Origin: Aestuariivita sp.
GTDB taxonomy: Bacteria; Pseudomonadota; Alphaproteobacteria; Rhodobacterales; Rhodobacteraceae
Direction of reading: 5' to 3'
Length of the DNA stretch: 64,000 nucleotides
NCBI GenBank assembly: GCA_018401465.1
Contig: JAGYKE010000004.1
Location: 1,207,857 to 1,271,856, forward strand
Positions within the stretch are counted from its first letter, which is position 1. Each line of letters starts with the position of its first letter. Under the pieces are notes generated by a model. The model had not been told where the DNA came from and made no database searches. It saw nothing but the letters and a program-made list of their open reading frames with translations. Below, in pieces: positions 9,952-17,848 of this stretch. Both the position numbers and the translations under genes were made by a program.

Positions 9952-12240
9952 ATGACCAGCTTCGAACTGAAGGGCCTGCAGGCCCCGGCCAGCATCAGGG
10001 TCGACCGCTGGGGTCTGCCGCATATCCGCGCGGCCTCGGTCCGCGACGCGTTTTTCGTGCAGGGCTTCAACGCCGCGCGCGACCGGCTCTGGCAGATCGA
10101 CCTCTGGCGCAAGCGGGGGCTCGGGCGGCTGGCTGCCGATTTCGGGCCCGGCTACCTGATGCAGGACCGCGCGGCGCGGCTGTTCCTCTATCGCGGGCCG
10201 ATGGGGCCGGAATGGGCCGCCTATGGCGAGGACGCCGAAGCGATCTGCACCGCTTTCGCCCAAGGCATCAACGCCGCGGTGGACGCGGTCGAAGCCGGGC
10301 GCATGCCCCTGCCGCCGGAATTCGCCCGCATGGGCACGCGCCCCGAACGCTGGGCGCCCGAAGACGTGGTGCGCATCCGCACCCATTGCCTTGTGCGCAA
10401 CGCTGGATCGGAACTGGCGCGCGCGCAGGTGCTGGCGCTGGCCGATGCGGAAACCGACCTCTTGCGCTGGCCGCTGAATCCGGGCGTGGACGCGTCGGAA
10501 TGGGCGCGGAGCGCCGGGCAGGGCCTGCCGCCCGAGGCGCTGTCGGTGCTGGAACTGGCCATGGCGCCGGTCACCTTTTCGCCCGACCGGCTGAACGCAA
10601 CGCTTGAAGATGCGCCGCGCTGGTCGCGGGTCAACGCGGCGAAGGCTGTGACCCGGATGCCGATGGAGGGGTCGAACAACTGGGTGATCTCGGGCGCGCG
10701 CACCGCGTCGGGCCGCGCCATCATGGCAAGCGATCCGCACCGCGCCCATGCCGCGCCGTCGCTGCGGTATATGGTGCACCTGACCGCGCCGGGCCTTGAC
10801 CTTATCGGGGCGGGCGAGCCGTCGTCGCCCGGCATCATGGCCGGTCACAACGGGCACGCGGCCTTCAGCCTGACCATCTTCTGCGCCGATCAGGAGGATG
10901 TCTTCGTCCTTGAAACCGACGCCGCCGACCCGACCCGGTACCGTCATAACGACGGTTGGGAGGCGATGCGTGAGGAACATGAGACCTTCGCGGTGCGCGG
11001 CCACCCCGACCAGACCCTGAACCTTCGCTTTTCCCGCTTCGGCCCCGTCGTCTGGGAAGAGGGCGGCCGCGCGCTGTCCGTGCGCACGGTCGTCACCGAA
11101 GCGGGCAGCGCGCCCTACATGGCCAGCCTGCGCACCATGCGCGCGAAGGGCTTCGCCGCGTACCGGGACGAGGCCGTCCATTGGGGCGCGCCGACGGTGA
11201 ACCTTGTCTATGCCGATACCGACGGCGATTTCGGCTGGCAGGCTGCGGGCTTCGTGCCGAAGCGCAACGGCTGGCACGGGCTTGTGCCGGTTGCGGGCGA
11301 TGGGCGCTTCGACTGGCAGGGTTTCATGACTGCCGCCGATCTGCCCGGCCTCGATGCGCCGGCGCAGGGCTTTGTCCAGTCCGCCAACGAAATGAATCTG
11401 CCCGCCGACTGGCCTGCTGAGACCAGCGTGGGCCATGAATGGTTCGAAGACCAGCGCGGCCTGCGGATCACCGAGGCGCTGGCGGCGCGCGACGATCACG
11501 ATCTGGCCAGCGCCTGCGCGCTGCAGACCGACACGTTTTCACCCTTCGCGCCGCGGCTTGTCGCCCTTCTGCCAGAAGATGCGCCCGGGGCCGCGATGCT
11601 GCGCGGCTGGGATGGGCGGTCCGACGCCAGCTCGGGCGCGGCGCTGCTGTTCGAATTCTGGCTGTCGTCGCACCTGCGGCCCGCGCTTCTGGCACGCGTC
11701 GCTCCGGACGAGGCGCTGCGCCGCTATCTTGCCCCCGGCAACATTCCCGTGGTGACAGAGTTTTTGGAAGGCAGGCACCCGGGCCTTGCTGCCCGCGCGG
11801 GGCTGACCACACCGCAAGCGCGCGCGGCCTTCATGGCCGAGACGCTCGCCGCCGCCCATGCCGAGGCTGTCACGCGCTTCGGCGCGCCCGACACCTGGGC
11901 CTGGGGTAACCTGCATCGCGGCGCCTTCGACCATGCGATTTCCGACTTCTCTCTCGGGTCATGGCCCAAGGGGGGCGGCAGCACTGCGATCATGATGGCC
12001 CATCACGACGCCCCGGATTACCAGGTGCGCAACGGGGCCTCGGTCCGCATGGTGATCGACGTGGGCAACTGGGACGCGAGCCTCTGGATCAACGCGCCGG
12101 GCCAGTCGGGGCTGCAGGGATCGCCGCATCTGGCCGATCTCGCGCCGCTTTGGGCGAAAGGGGAATATGTGCCGCTGTGCTATTCCGAGGCAGCGGTCGA
12201 CGCGGTGACGGAAGTGGTCATCACCCTCACGCCCGCCTAG
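9952..12240 (+). CDS. Penicillin/AHL acylase family Ntn hydrolase (S45)
   Basis: Contains MEGSNNWVISG (the Ser nucleophile of the beta subunit) and has the expected alpha/beta-precursor length. Start set to ATG 9952 behind GGGGGAGGGGG. ATG 9925 or 9868 are possible alternatives. No obvious signal peptide. Confidence 0.82.
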   Translation: MTSFELKGLQAPASIRVDRWGLPHIRAASVRDAFFVQGFNAARDRLWQIDLWRKRGLGRLAADFGPGYLMQDRAARLFLYRGPMGPEWAAYGEDAEAICTAFAQGINAAVDAVEAGRMPLPPEFARMGTRPERWAPEDVVRIRTHCLVRNAGSELARAQVLALADAETDLLRWPLNPGVDASEWARSAGQGLPPEALSVLELAMAPVTFSPDRLNATLEDAPRWSRVNAAKAVTRMPMEGSNNWVISGARTASGRAIMASDPHRAHAAPSLRYMVHLTAPGLDLIGAGEPSSPGIMAGHNGHAAFSLTIFCADQEDVFVLETDAADPTRYRHNDGWEAMREEHETFAVRGHPDQTLNLRFSRFGPVVWEEGGRALSVRTVVTEAGSAPYMASLRTMRAKGFAAYRDEAVHWGAPTVNLVYADTDGDFGWQAAGFVPKRNGWHGLVPVAGDGRFDWQGFMTAADLPGLDAPAQGFVQSANEMNLPADWPAETSVGHEWFEDQRGLRITEALAARDDHDLASACALQTDTFSPFAPRLVALLPEDAPGAAMLRGWDGRSDASSGAALLFEFWLSSHLRPALLARVAPDEALRRYLAPGNIPVVTEFLEGRHPGLAARAGLTTPQARAAFMAETLAAAHAEAVTRFGAPDTWAWGNLHRGAFDHAISDFSLGSWPKGGGSTAIMMAHHDAPDYQVRNGASVRMVIDVGNWDASLWINAPGQSGLQGSPHLADLAPLWAKGEYVPLCYSEAAVDAVTEVVITLTPA

Positions 12241-13055
12241 TCGCCCAGCTTGGCGTGCACTTCGTCGAGATCGATTTCACCCACCGGCATCTTGTTGGCG
12301 GGGTTGTCGAAATCGTAGCGGAAGAGATCGAAGTCCTTGTGATAGATCTCGTACATGAGGTGCATCGACAGGTCGTCGAAGTAATCCTCGACCGGGTGGG
12401 CGCGCTTGGGCCCGTGGCCTTCGCTTTCGTTGAAGCGCGGCACGTCCTTGAGCCGCACCTTCACCGGGGTCTGGACGTTCTTCAGCACCGTCTCCATGCC
12501 GGTGTTGAAATCTTCGGTCCAGAAGATGTGGTCATAGCGTCCGCCATTCACGATGAAGGTCGAGATATGGCCTGACATGGCCGACCAATGGATGTCGGGG
12601 TCCATCGGGCGGCGCCAGCGGATCGTGTCGCGCGCGAACAGAAGAAAGCGACGGAACGACTTGATCTGGTCGAAGTCGTCCTTGCCGTCTTCGCCGCCGA
12701 CCTCGATCCCGTATTTCTGCACCAGAAGTGGCACGAGGTTGCCGCGATACCGCCTGCCGTTGCGCTGGATTCCGCAGATCTTGTCGAAGAATGACGACAG
12801 GATGCGGGTATAGGGGTTGCGCACGCAACTGAAGGAATAGGTCGCCTGCGACCGCACGTTGCGAGTGATCGGGTCCTGGCTCGCGTCCAGCGCCCATTTG
12901 TGCAGCCCGTCCGTGGCATCATGGATGTCGCCATCGAAGAACCGCCCGTGATCGGAATAGAACATGATCTGGCCGATGGTCGAGCAGGCGCATTTCGGCA
13001 CGACCCGATACACCATGCTCTCGCTTTCGGTCATCCAGGTGCCTGGAAAGCCCAT
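12237..13055 (-). CDS. Sulfotransferase family 2 protein (carbohydrate sulfotransferase-like)
   Basis: 5'-PSB-like VPKCACSTIG and 3'-PB-like VRNPYTRILSSFFDK motifs. AGGAGG lies 8 nt upstream of ATG 13055. Confidence 0.78.
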   Translation of the reverse strand: MGFPGTWMTESESMVYRVVPKCACSTIGQIMFYSDHGRFFDGDIHDATDGLHKWALDASQDPITRNVRSQATYSFSCVRNPYTRILSSFFDKICGIQRNGRRYRGNLVPLLVQKYGIEVGGEDGKDDFDQIKSFRRFLLFARDTIRWRRPMDPDIHWSAMSGHISTFIVNGGRYDHIFWTEDFNTGMETVLKNVQTPVKVRLKDVPRFNESEGHGPKRAHPVEDYFDDLSMHLMYEIYHKDFDLFRYDFDNPANKMPVGEIDLDEVHAKLGD

Positions 13056-13120
13056 CTTCGCTGCCTCCTGCGCCGGGCCTCGATGGGCCCCGACTGCGTC
13101 TTGCCCCTAAAAAAGCAAAA

Positions 13121-14776
13121 ATGGCGTGTTTATTCAATCGCTCTTCATCGGTATCTAATAGGAAACAACGAGTAGTTTGTGGGTGGATCGTTTCGGCCTT
13201 GGCAAAGATCGCGTATATCCTTCTGTGTCACAAGGACCCCGAGGCCATCATCCAGCAGGCCCACCGCCTGACTGCGGTCGGCGATTACATGGCCATTCAT
13301 TTCGACGCCCGCGCGAAGGCATCCGATTACCGCAAGATACGCGAGGCGCTTGACGACAACCCCAACGTTGCATTCGCCCATACCCGCATCAAGTGCGGCT
13401 GGGGGGAATGGTCGCTGGTGCAGGCCTCGCTAAACGCAGTCGAAGCGGCGATCGACGCCTTCCCGCGCGCCACGCATTTCTACATGCTGTCGGGCGATTG
13501 CATGGCGATCAAGACGGCCGAATACGCGCACCGCTTCCTTGACGACAACGACTGCGACTTCATCGAGAGCTTCGACTACTTCGACAGCGACTGGATCAAG
13601 ACCGGCTGGAAGGAAGAACGCCTGATCTATCGGCACTACCTCAACGAACGCAAGAACAAGCGGTTGTTCTACGCCATGTACGAGGCGCAGAAGCGTCTGG
13701 GGCTGAAACGCGACATACCCGCCGACATCCAGGTCCAGATCGGCAGCCAGTGGTGGTGCCTGCGCCGCCGCACGGTCGAGGCGGTGCTCGACTTCATCCA
13801 CCGCCGCCCCGACGTGGCGCGCTTCTTCCGGACAACCTGGATCCCGGACGAGACGTTCTTCCAGACGCTGGTGCGCCATCTCATCCCGTCGACGGAAATC
13901 CGCACGCGCACGCTGACCTTCCTGATGTTCTCGGACTATGGAATGCCGGTCACCTTCTACAACGACCACTACGACCTGCTTCTGTCGCAGGATTTCCTGT
14001 TCGCGCGCAAGATCAGCCCCGAGGCGACGATCCTCAAGCGCCGCCTCGGCCAGCTTTATGCCGCCGAAGGGGTCGAATTCCGGATCTCGAACGAAGGGCG
14101 GAGCCTCTACAAGTTCCTCACTGGGCGCGGCCGGATCGGGCGCCGCTTCGCCATGCGATTCTGGGAAACCGAGGCGACGCTGGGCCGTCAGCGCGAGCTG
14201 ATGATCATCGTGTGCAAGAAATGGCACGTGGCCAAGCGCCTGCTCGAGCGGATCCGCCAGCAGACCAACCTGCCCTCGATCGCCTATCTCTTCAGCGAAG
14301 AGACCACACCGCTTCCCGATCTGGGCGGGATCGAGACCACCGTCTGGAAGCGCCACCGCCACCGCCGCGCGCTGGTGCGGATGCTGTTCGATTACTACGA
14401 GACCGACCGCCTTGTTGTCTGCATGGATCCTGCGAACCTCGACTTGCTGCAGGACTTCTATTCCGACCGGTCGAAGACCAAGATGCTCGAGATCGAGTGC
14501 GACTTCACCGACGACTATCTGATCGGCCATGCCAAGCGCGTGGGTCTCGCGGGGGAAACCACGTCGCGCATGACGCTCAACCGGCTCTTGCCGACGATCC
14601 GCAACGACATGGTCTATGAAAGCGACCGGATCCGCGATGCCGATTTCGAGGATCATTTCCGGATCCGCGAAACCGACCCGGACGCTGAGAACCCCGACCA
14701 CCTGGCGAACTTCCTGTCGCTGCCCCGCGACAAGGCGCAGGCGATCCTGTCGGACACCCATCTCTTCGCCGATTGA
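13121..14776 (+). CDS. GT14 (core-2/I-branching type) glycosyltransferase with a C-terminal extension of about 250 aa of unknown function
   Basis: KIAYILLCHKDPE...IHFDARA...CGWGEWSLVQASL...FYMLSGDCMAIK...GSQWWCL...IPDETFFQT match the Branch-domain pattern. The true start may be TTG 13199 (MAKIAYILL) rather than ATG 13121. Confidence 0.75.
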   Translation: MACLFNRSSSVSNRKQRVVCGWIVSALAKIAYILLCHKDPEAIIQQAHRLTAVGDYMAIHFDARAKASDYRKIREALDDNPNVAFAHTRIKCGWGEWSLVQASLNAVEAAIDAFPRATHFYMLSGDCMAIKTAEYAHRFLDDNDCDFIESFDYFDSDWIKTGWKEERLIYRHYLNERKNKRLFYAMYEAQKRLGLKRDIPADIQVQIGSQWWCLRRRTVEAVLDFIHRRPDVARFFRTTWIPDETFFQTLVRHLIPSTEIRTRTLTFLMFSDYGMPVTFYNDHYDLLLSQDFLFARKISPEATILKRRLGQLYAAEGVEFRISNEGRSLYKFLTGRGRIGRRFAMRFWETEATLGRQRELMIIVCKKWHVAKRLLERIRQQTNLPSIAYLFSEETTPLPDLGGIETTVWKRHRHRRALVRMLFDYYETDRLVVCMDPANLDLLQDFYSDRSKTKMLEIECDFTDDYLIGHAKRVGLAGETTSRMTLNRLLPTIRNDMVYESDRIRDADFEDHFRIRETDPDAENPDHLANFLSLPRDKAQAILSDTHLFAD

Positions 14777-14807
14777 CCGCGCCCGCGGCGCGCGGAAAGG
14801 TGGCCGC

Positions 14808-16850
14808 ATGACCGAACCTGTCCGCATCCGCACCATGTGCCCGATGAACTGCCACCCGACGCTGTGCGGCATGGTGGTGGACCGGCTTGCCGACGGATCG
14901 GTCACCATCGCGGGCGACCCAGACCACCCCGACAGCCGCGGTTATCTCTGCATACGCGGTCACTCGGCGCACCAGATCGTCGGCAATGACCGGCGGCTTC
15001 TCGCGCCGCTGACACGTGACCGGCGCGGCGCGACCGACTGGTATGAGACGACGTGGGACGCCAGCCTCGACCGGATCGCGGCGGCGATCCGCGCGGCGGG
15101 CCCGCAGGCGGTCGGGCTGTGGCAGGGGCATGGCAACGCGGTCAACGACTACGGCGTCGGGGTGAAGCGCGGGCAGTTCCAGCGCTTCGCCAATCTGGGC
15201 GGTTTCCAGAACTGGAACCCGGCGATGATCTGCTGGGGGCTGGGCGGCTTCGGTCTGGGGCTGACCGGCACGCTCGAGACCTCGACGAAAGAGGATATGG
15301 GCGCACACGCGAACCTCATCCTCCTTTGGGGCGCCAACAGCGTGAGCCAGGCCAACACCATGCCCCATGTCGATGCCGCGCGGCGGCGCGGCGCGCGCGT
15401 CGTCACCATCGACGTGCGCCGGACCGAGGCGGGCGCGCTGTCGGACGAGGCGCTGGTCATCCGCCCCGGCAGCGACGCGGCGCTGGCGCTGGCCATGATG
15501 CACGTGATCCTTGATGAAGGGTTGGAGGACCGCGCCTTCATCGCCGCCCATACGCTGGGCATCGACGAATTGCGCGCTGATCTGGCCGACAAGACCCCGC
15601 GCTGGGCCGAGGCGCGGACCGGCATCGCGGCCGCGCGGATCGCCGCGCTGGCGCGCGACTGGGCGCGGACGCGGCCCGGCATGATCGTCCTGGGCGGGTC
15701 ATCCATCCACAAGGGCGACAACGGCTGGGCGGCGGCGCGCGCGATCTCGTGCCTGCCCGCGCTCACCGGCGATTACGGGCGTCCCGGCGGCGGGCTTGGC
15801 CCACGCCACGGCGCGCGCAGCCACGGCGCGGGCTTCGCCGACATCTCGGCTCCGGGCCGCCGCTCACCCGGCGACTACATCCCCGACCAGATGGAGGCCA
15901 TCGTCGCGGCGATGGAGACGGGGCGCCTGCGCGTCCTTCTCACGCTCGGCTCGAACATCCTGTCCTCGTTCCCTGACACCGGGCGCCTGCGCGCGGCGCT
16001 GGACCGGCTCGACCTGATCGTGGCCTATGACATCTTCCCCAACCAGACCATGCGCGAGGTCGCCGACATCGTCCTGCCGGGCACCATCTGGCTCGAAGAG
16101 CTGGGCGTGAAGGCCACCAACACGCATGTCCATCTCTGCGACCGGGTCCTGTCGCCTGCGGGCGCGGCGCGGCCACTCTACGCGCTCTATCAGGGGCTGG
16201 CCGACCGGCTCGGCATCGAAGACGTCTATCCCTGGCCCGATCAGGAGGCCGCGATCGACGCCGTTCTCGACCATCCGGCGACGGGGCGTGCGACGGTGAC
16301 GGGCCTGCGCGCCAATGGCGGCCGCGCGGCGCTGGCGATCAGCCACACCGCCTATCCGACGCGGGCCTTTCACACACCCTCGGGCCGGATCGAGTTCCGG
16401 TCCGAGCGCGCCCGCGCCATGGGCCTGCCGCCGCTGCCGCATGCGCCCGATCCCACGCCGGATGAAGACGGCACTCTGGTTCTGGCGCAGGGTCGCACCT
16501 TCGCGCATTTCCATTCCTTCTACGATCACGCCCGGGCGCTGCCCGCGCTTGCCCGGCGGGAGGAGGCGCCGGATCTCTGGATCGCCCCGGCAGACGCCGC
16601 CGCGCGGGGCATCGCCGACGGCGCCCCCGTCGAGGTATCGAACCACCGCGGCACCTTCGCCGCCCGCGCCCGGGTCACGCCGCGCATGGGTCCCGGCGCG
16701 GTCTGGATGCGGGACGGCTGGCCCGGCTTCAACGCGCTCACCGACGGCGCGGCGGTACTGCCCGACGCGGCACTCGACGCCTTTCCCTTTTCGGTGGGCC
16801 AGTCGGGGTTTGGCGCCCGGGTGCGGGTCGTGTCCGCCCGCGCGGGCTGA
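14808..16850 (+). CDS. Molybdopterin-dependent oxidoreductase (MopB superfamily), cytoplasmic type
   Basis: Start MTEPVRIRTMCPMNCHPTLCG carries an N-terminal Cys cluster and no twin-arginine signal. Length of 680 aa fits MopB domains. GAAAGGTGG Shine-Dalgarno precedes ATG 14808. Confidence 0.85.
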   Translation: MTEPVRIRTMCPMNCHPTLCGMVVDRLADGSVTIAGDPDHPDSRGYLCIRGHSAHQIVGNDRRLLAPLTRDRRGATDWYETTWDASLDRIAAAIRAAGPQAVGLWQGHGNAVNDYGVGVKRGQFQRFANLGGFQNWNPAMICWGLGGFGLGLTGTLETSTKEDMGAHANLILLWGANSVSQANTMPHVDAARRRGARVVTIDVRRTEAGALSDEALVIRPGSDAALALAMMHVILDEGLEDRAFIAAHTLGIDELRADLADKTPRWAEARTGIAAARIAALARDWARTRPGMIVLGGSSIHKGDNGWAAARAISCLPALTGDYGRPGGGLGPRHGARSHGAGFADISAPGRRSPGDYIPDQMEAIVAAMETGRLRVLLTLGSNILSSFPDTGRLRAALDRLDLIVAYDIFPNQTMREVADIVLPGTIWLEELGVKATNTHVHLCDRVLSPAGAARPLYALYQGLADRLGIEDVYPWPDQEAAIDAVLDHPATGRATVTGLRANGGRAALAISHTAYPTRAFHTPSGRIEFRSERARAMGLPPLPHAPDPTPDEDGTLVLAQGRTFAHFHSFYDHARALPALARREEAPDLWIAPADAAARGIADGAPVEVSNHRGTFAARARVTPRMGPGAVWMRDGWPGFNALTDGAAVLPDAALDAFPFSVGQSGFGARVRVVSARAG

Positions 16851-16858
16851 AAGCGGGC

Positions 16859-17003
16859 AGGGGGCTCTGCCCCCGTCGCCCGTTCCGGGCGACTCCCCCG
16901 GGATATTTGAAAACCCGAAGAAGCACAGGACCGCTGCACTTCTTCGGGTTCATAAATATCCCGGGGGTGAGCGCCGCAAGGCGCGAGGGGGCAGAGCCCC
17001 CTG
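16859..17003. repeat. 145-bp near-perfect palindromic intergenic element (two inverted copies of a unit of about 65 bp)
   Basis: Outer arms are cagggggctctgccccc (16859-16875) and gggggcagagccccctg (16987-17003). Inner arms are 16895-16923 and 16939-16967 (cttcttcgggttcataaatatcccggggg). Each half also holds a small GC hairpin. Confidence 0.85.
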
Positions 17004-17014
17004 TTTCCCTGTCA

Positions 17015-17045
17015 CAAAGGAAAAGGCCCCGCGGATCGCGGGGCC
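17015..17045 (-). terminator. rpsD intrinsic terminator
   Basis: ggccccgcg-gat-cgcggggcc stem-loop. On the minus strand it is followed by a ttttcctttg tail, 29 nt after the rpsD stop. Confidence 0.65.
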
Positions 17046-17073
17046 TCTGAAGGTCTTGCGCTGATCCTTGGGA

Positions 17074-17694
17074 TCAGTTCTTGGCGTAGAATTCGACGAC
17101 GAGGTTCGGTTCCATGATGACCGGATAGGGCACGTCCGACAGCGAGGGGGTGCGCACGAAGTTTGCGGTCAGCTTGGAATGGTCGACTTCGAGGTAATCC
17201 GGCACGTCGCGTTCGGCCAGCTGGATCGCCTCGAGGATCGAGGCCATCTGCTTGGAGCGGTCGCGCACCTCGATCACGTCGCCTTCCTTCACGCGGTAGG
17301 AGGCGATGTTCACGATGTTGCCGTTCACGCGCACATGCTTGTGGTTCACGAACTGGCGCGCGGCGAAGATGGTCGGCACGAACTTGGCGCGGTAGACCAC
17401 GGCGTCAAGACGGCGTTCCAGCAGGCCGACCAGGTTTTCACCGGTGTCGCCCTTGAGGCGCTCGGCCTCGGCATAGATGCGGCGGAACTGCTTTTCGGTC
17501 AGGTCGCCGTAGTAGCCCTTGAGCTTCTGTTTGGCGCGCAGCTGGATGCCGAAATCGCTCAGCTTCGTCTTGCGGCGCTGGCCATGCTGGCCGGGGCCAT
17601 ATTCGCGGCGGTTGACGGGGGATTTCGGGCGGCCCCAGATGTTCTCGCCCATCCGGCGGTCAATCTTGTACTTGGCAGACGTGCGTTTGGTCAC
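17074..17694 (-). CDS. rpsD: 30S ribosomal protein S4
   Basis: 206 aa starting [28 protein letters not shown] start at 17694 lies behind AAGGAG. The upstream track extension was rejected. Confidence 0.95.
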   Translation of the reverse strand: MTKRTSAKYKIDRRMGENIWGRPKSPVNRREYGPGQHGQRRKTKLSDFGIQLRAKQKLKGYYGDLTEKQFRRIYAEAERLKGDTGENLVGLLERRLDAVVYRAKFVPTIFAARQFVNHKHVRVNGNIVNIASYRVKEGDVIEVRDRSKQMASILEAIQLAERDVPDYLEVDHSKLTANFVRTPSLSDVPYPVIMEPNLVVEFYAKN

Positions 17695-17848
17695 GGCTGA
17701 TCTCCTTCGGTCTGACGTGGCCCCGGCGGGGCCGCTGTGAAGGGCGTTGTCCTCTGGGTAAAAACCCCGACAGGTCACCCCTTGCGGGGGCCACCAACAC
17801 CAATGAAGCCGCGCTTATATGCGCCGGATCGGGAGAGTCAACCGCCGA

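Noticed and set aside
9928-11499. 523-aa minus-strand ORF, plus similar ORFs at 13430-14908, 40459-42084, 55347-56825 and 62468-63931
   Set aside because: Each is antisense to a gene with strong family motifs (acylase, GT14, aroA, gshA, RND adaptor) and has biased junk composition.
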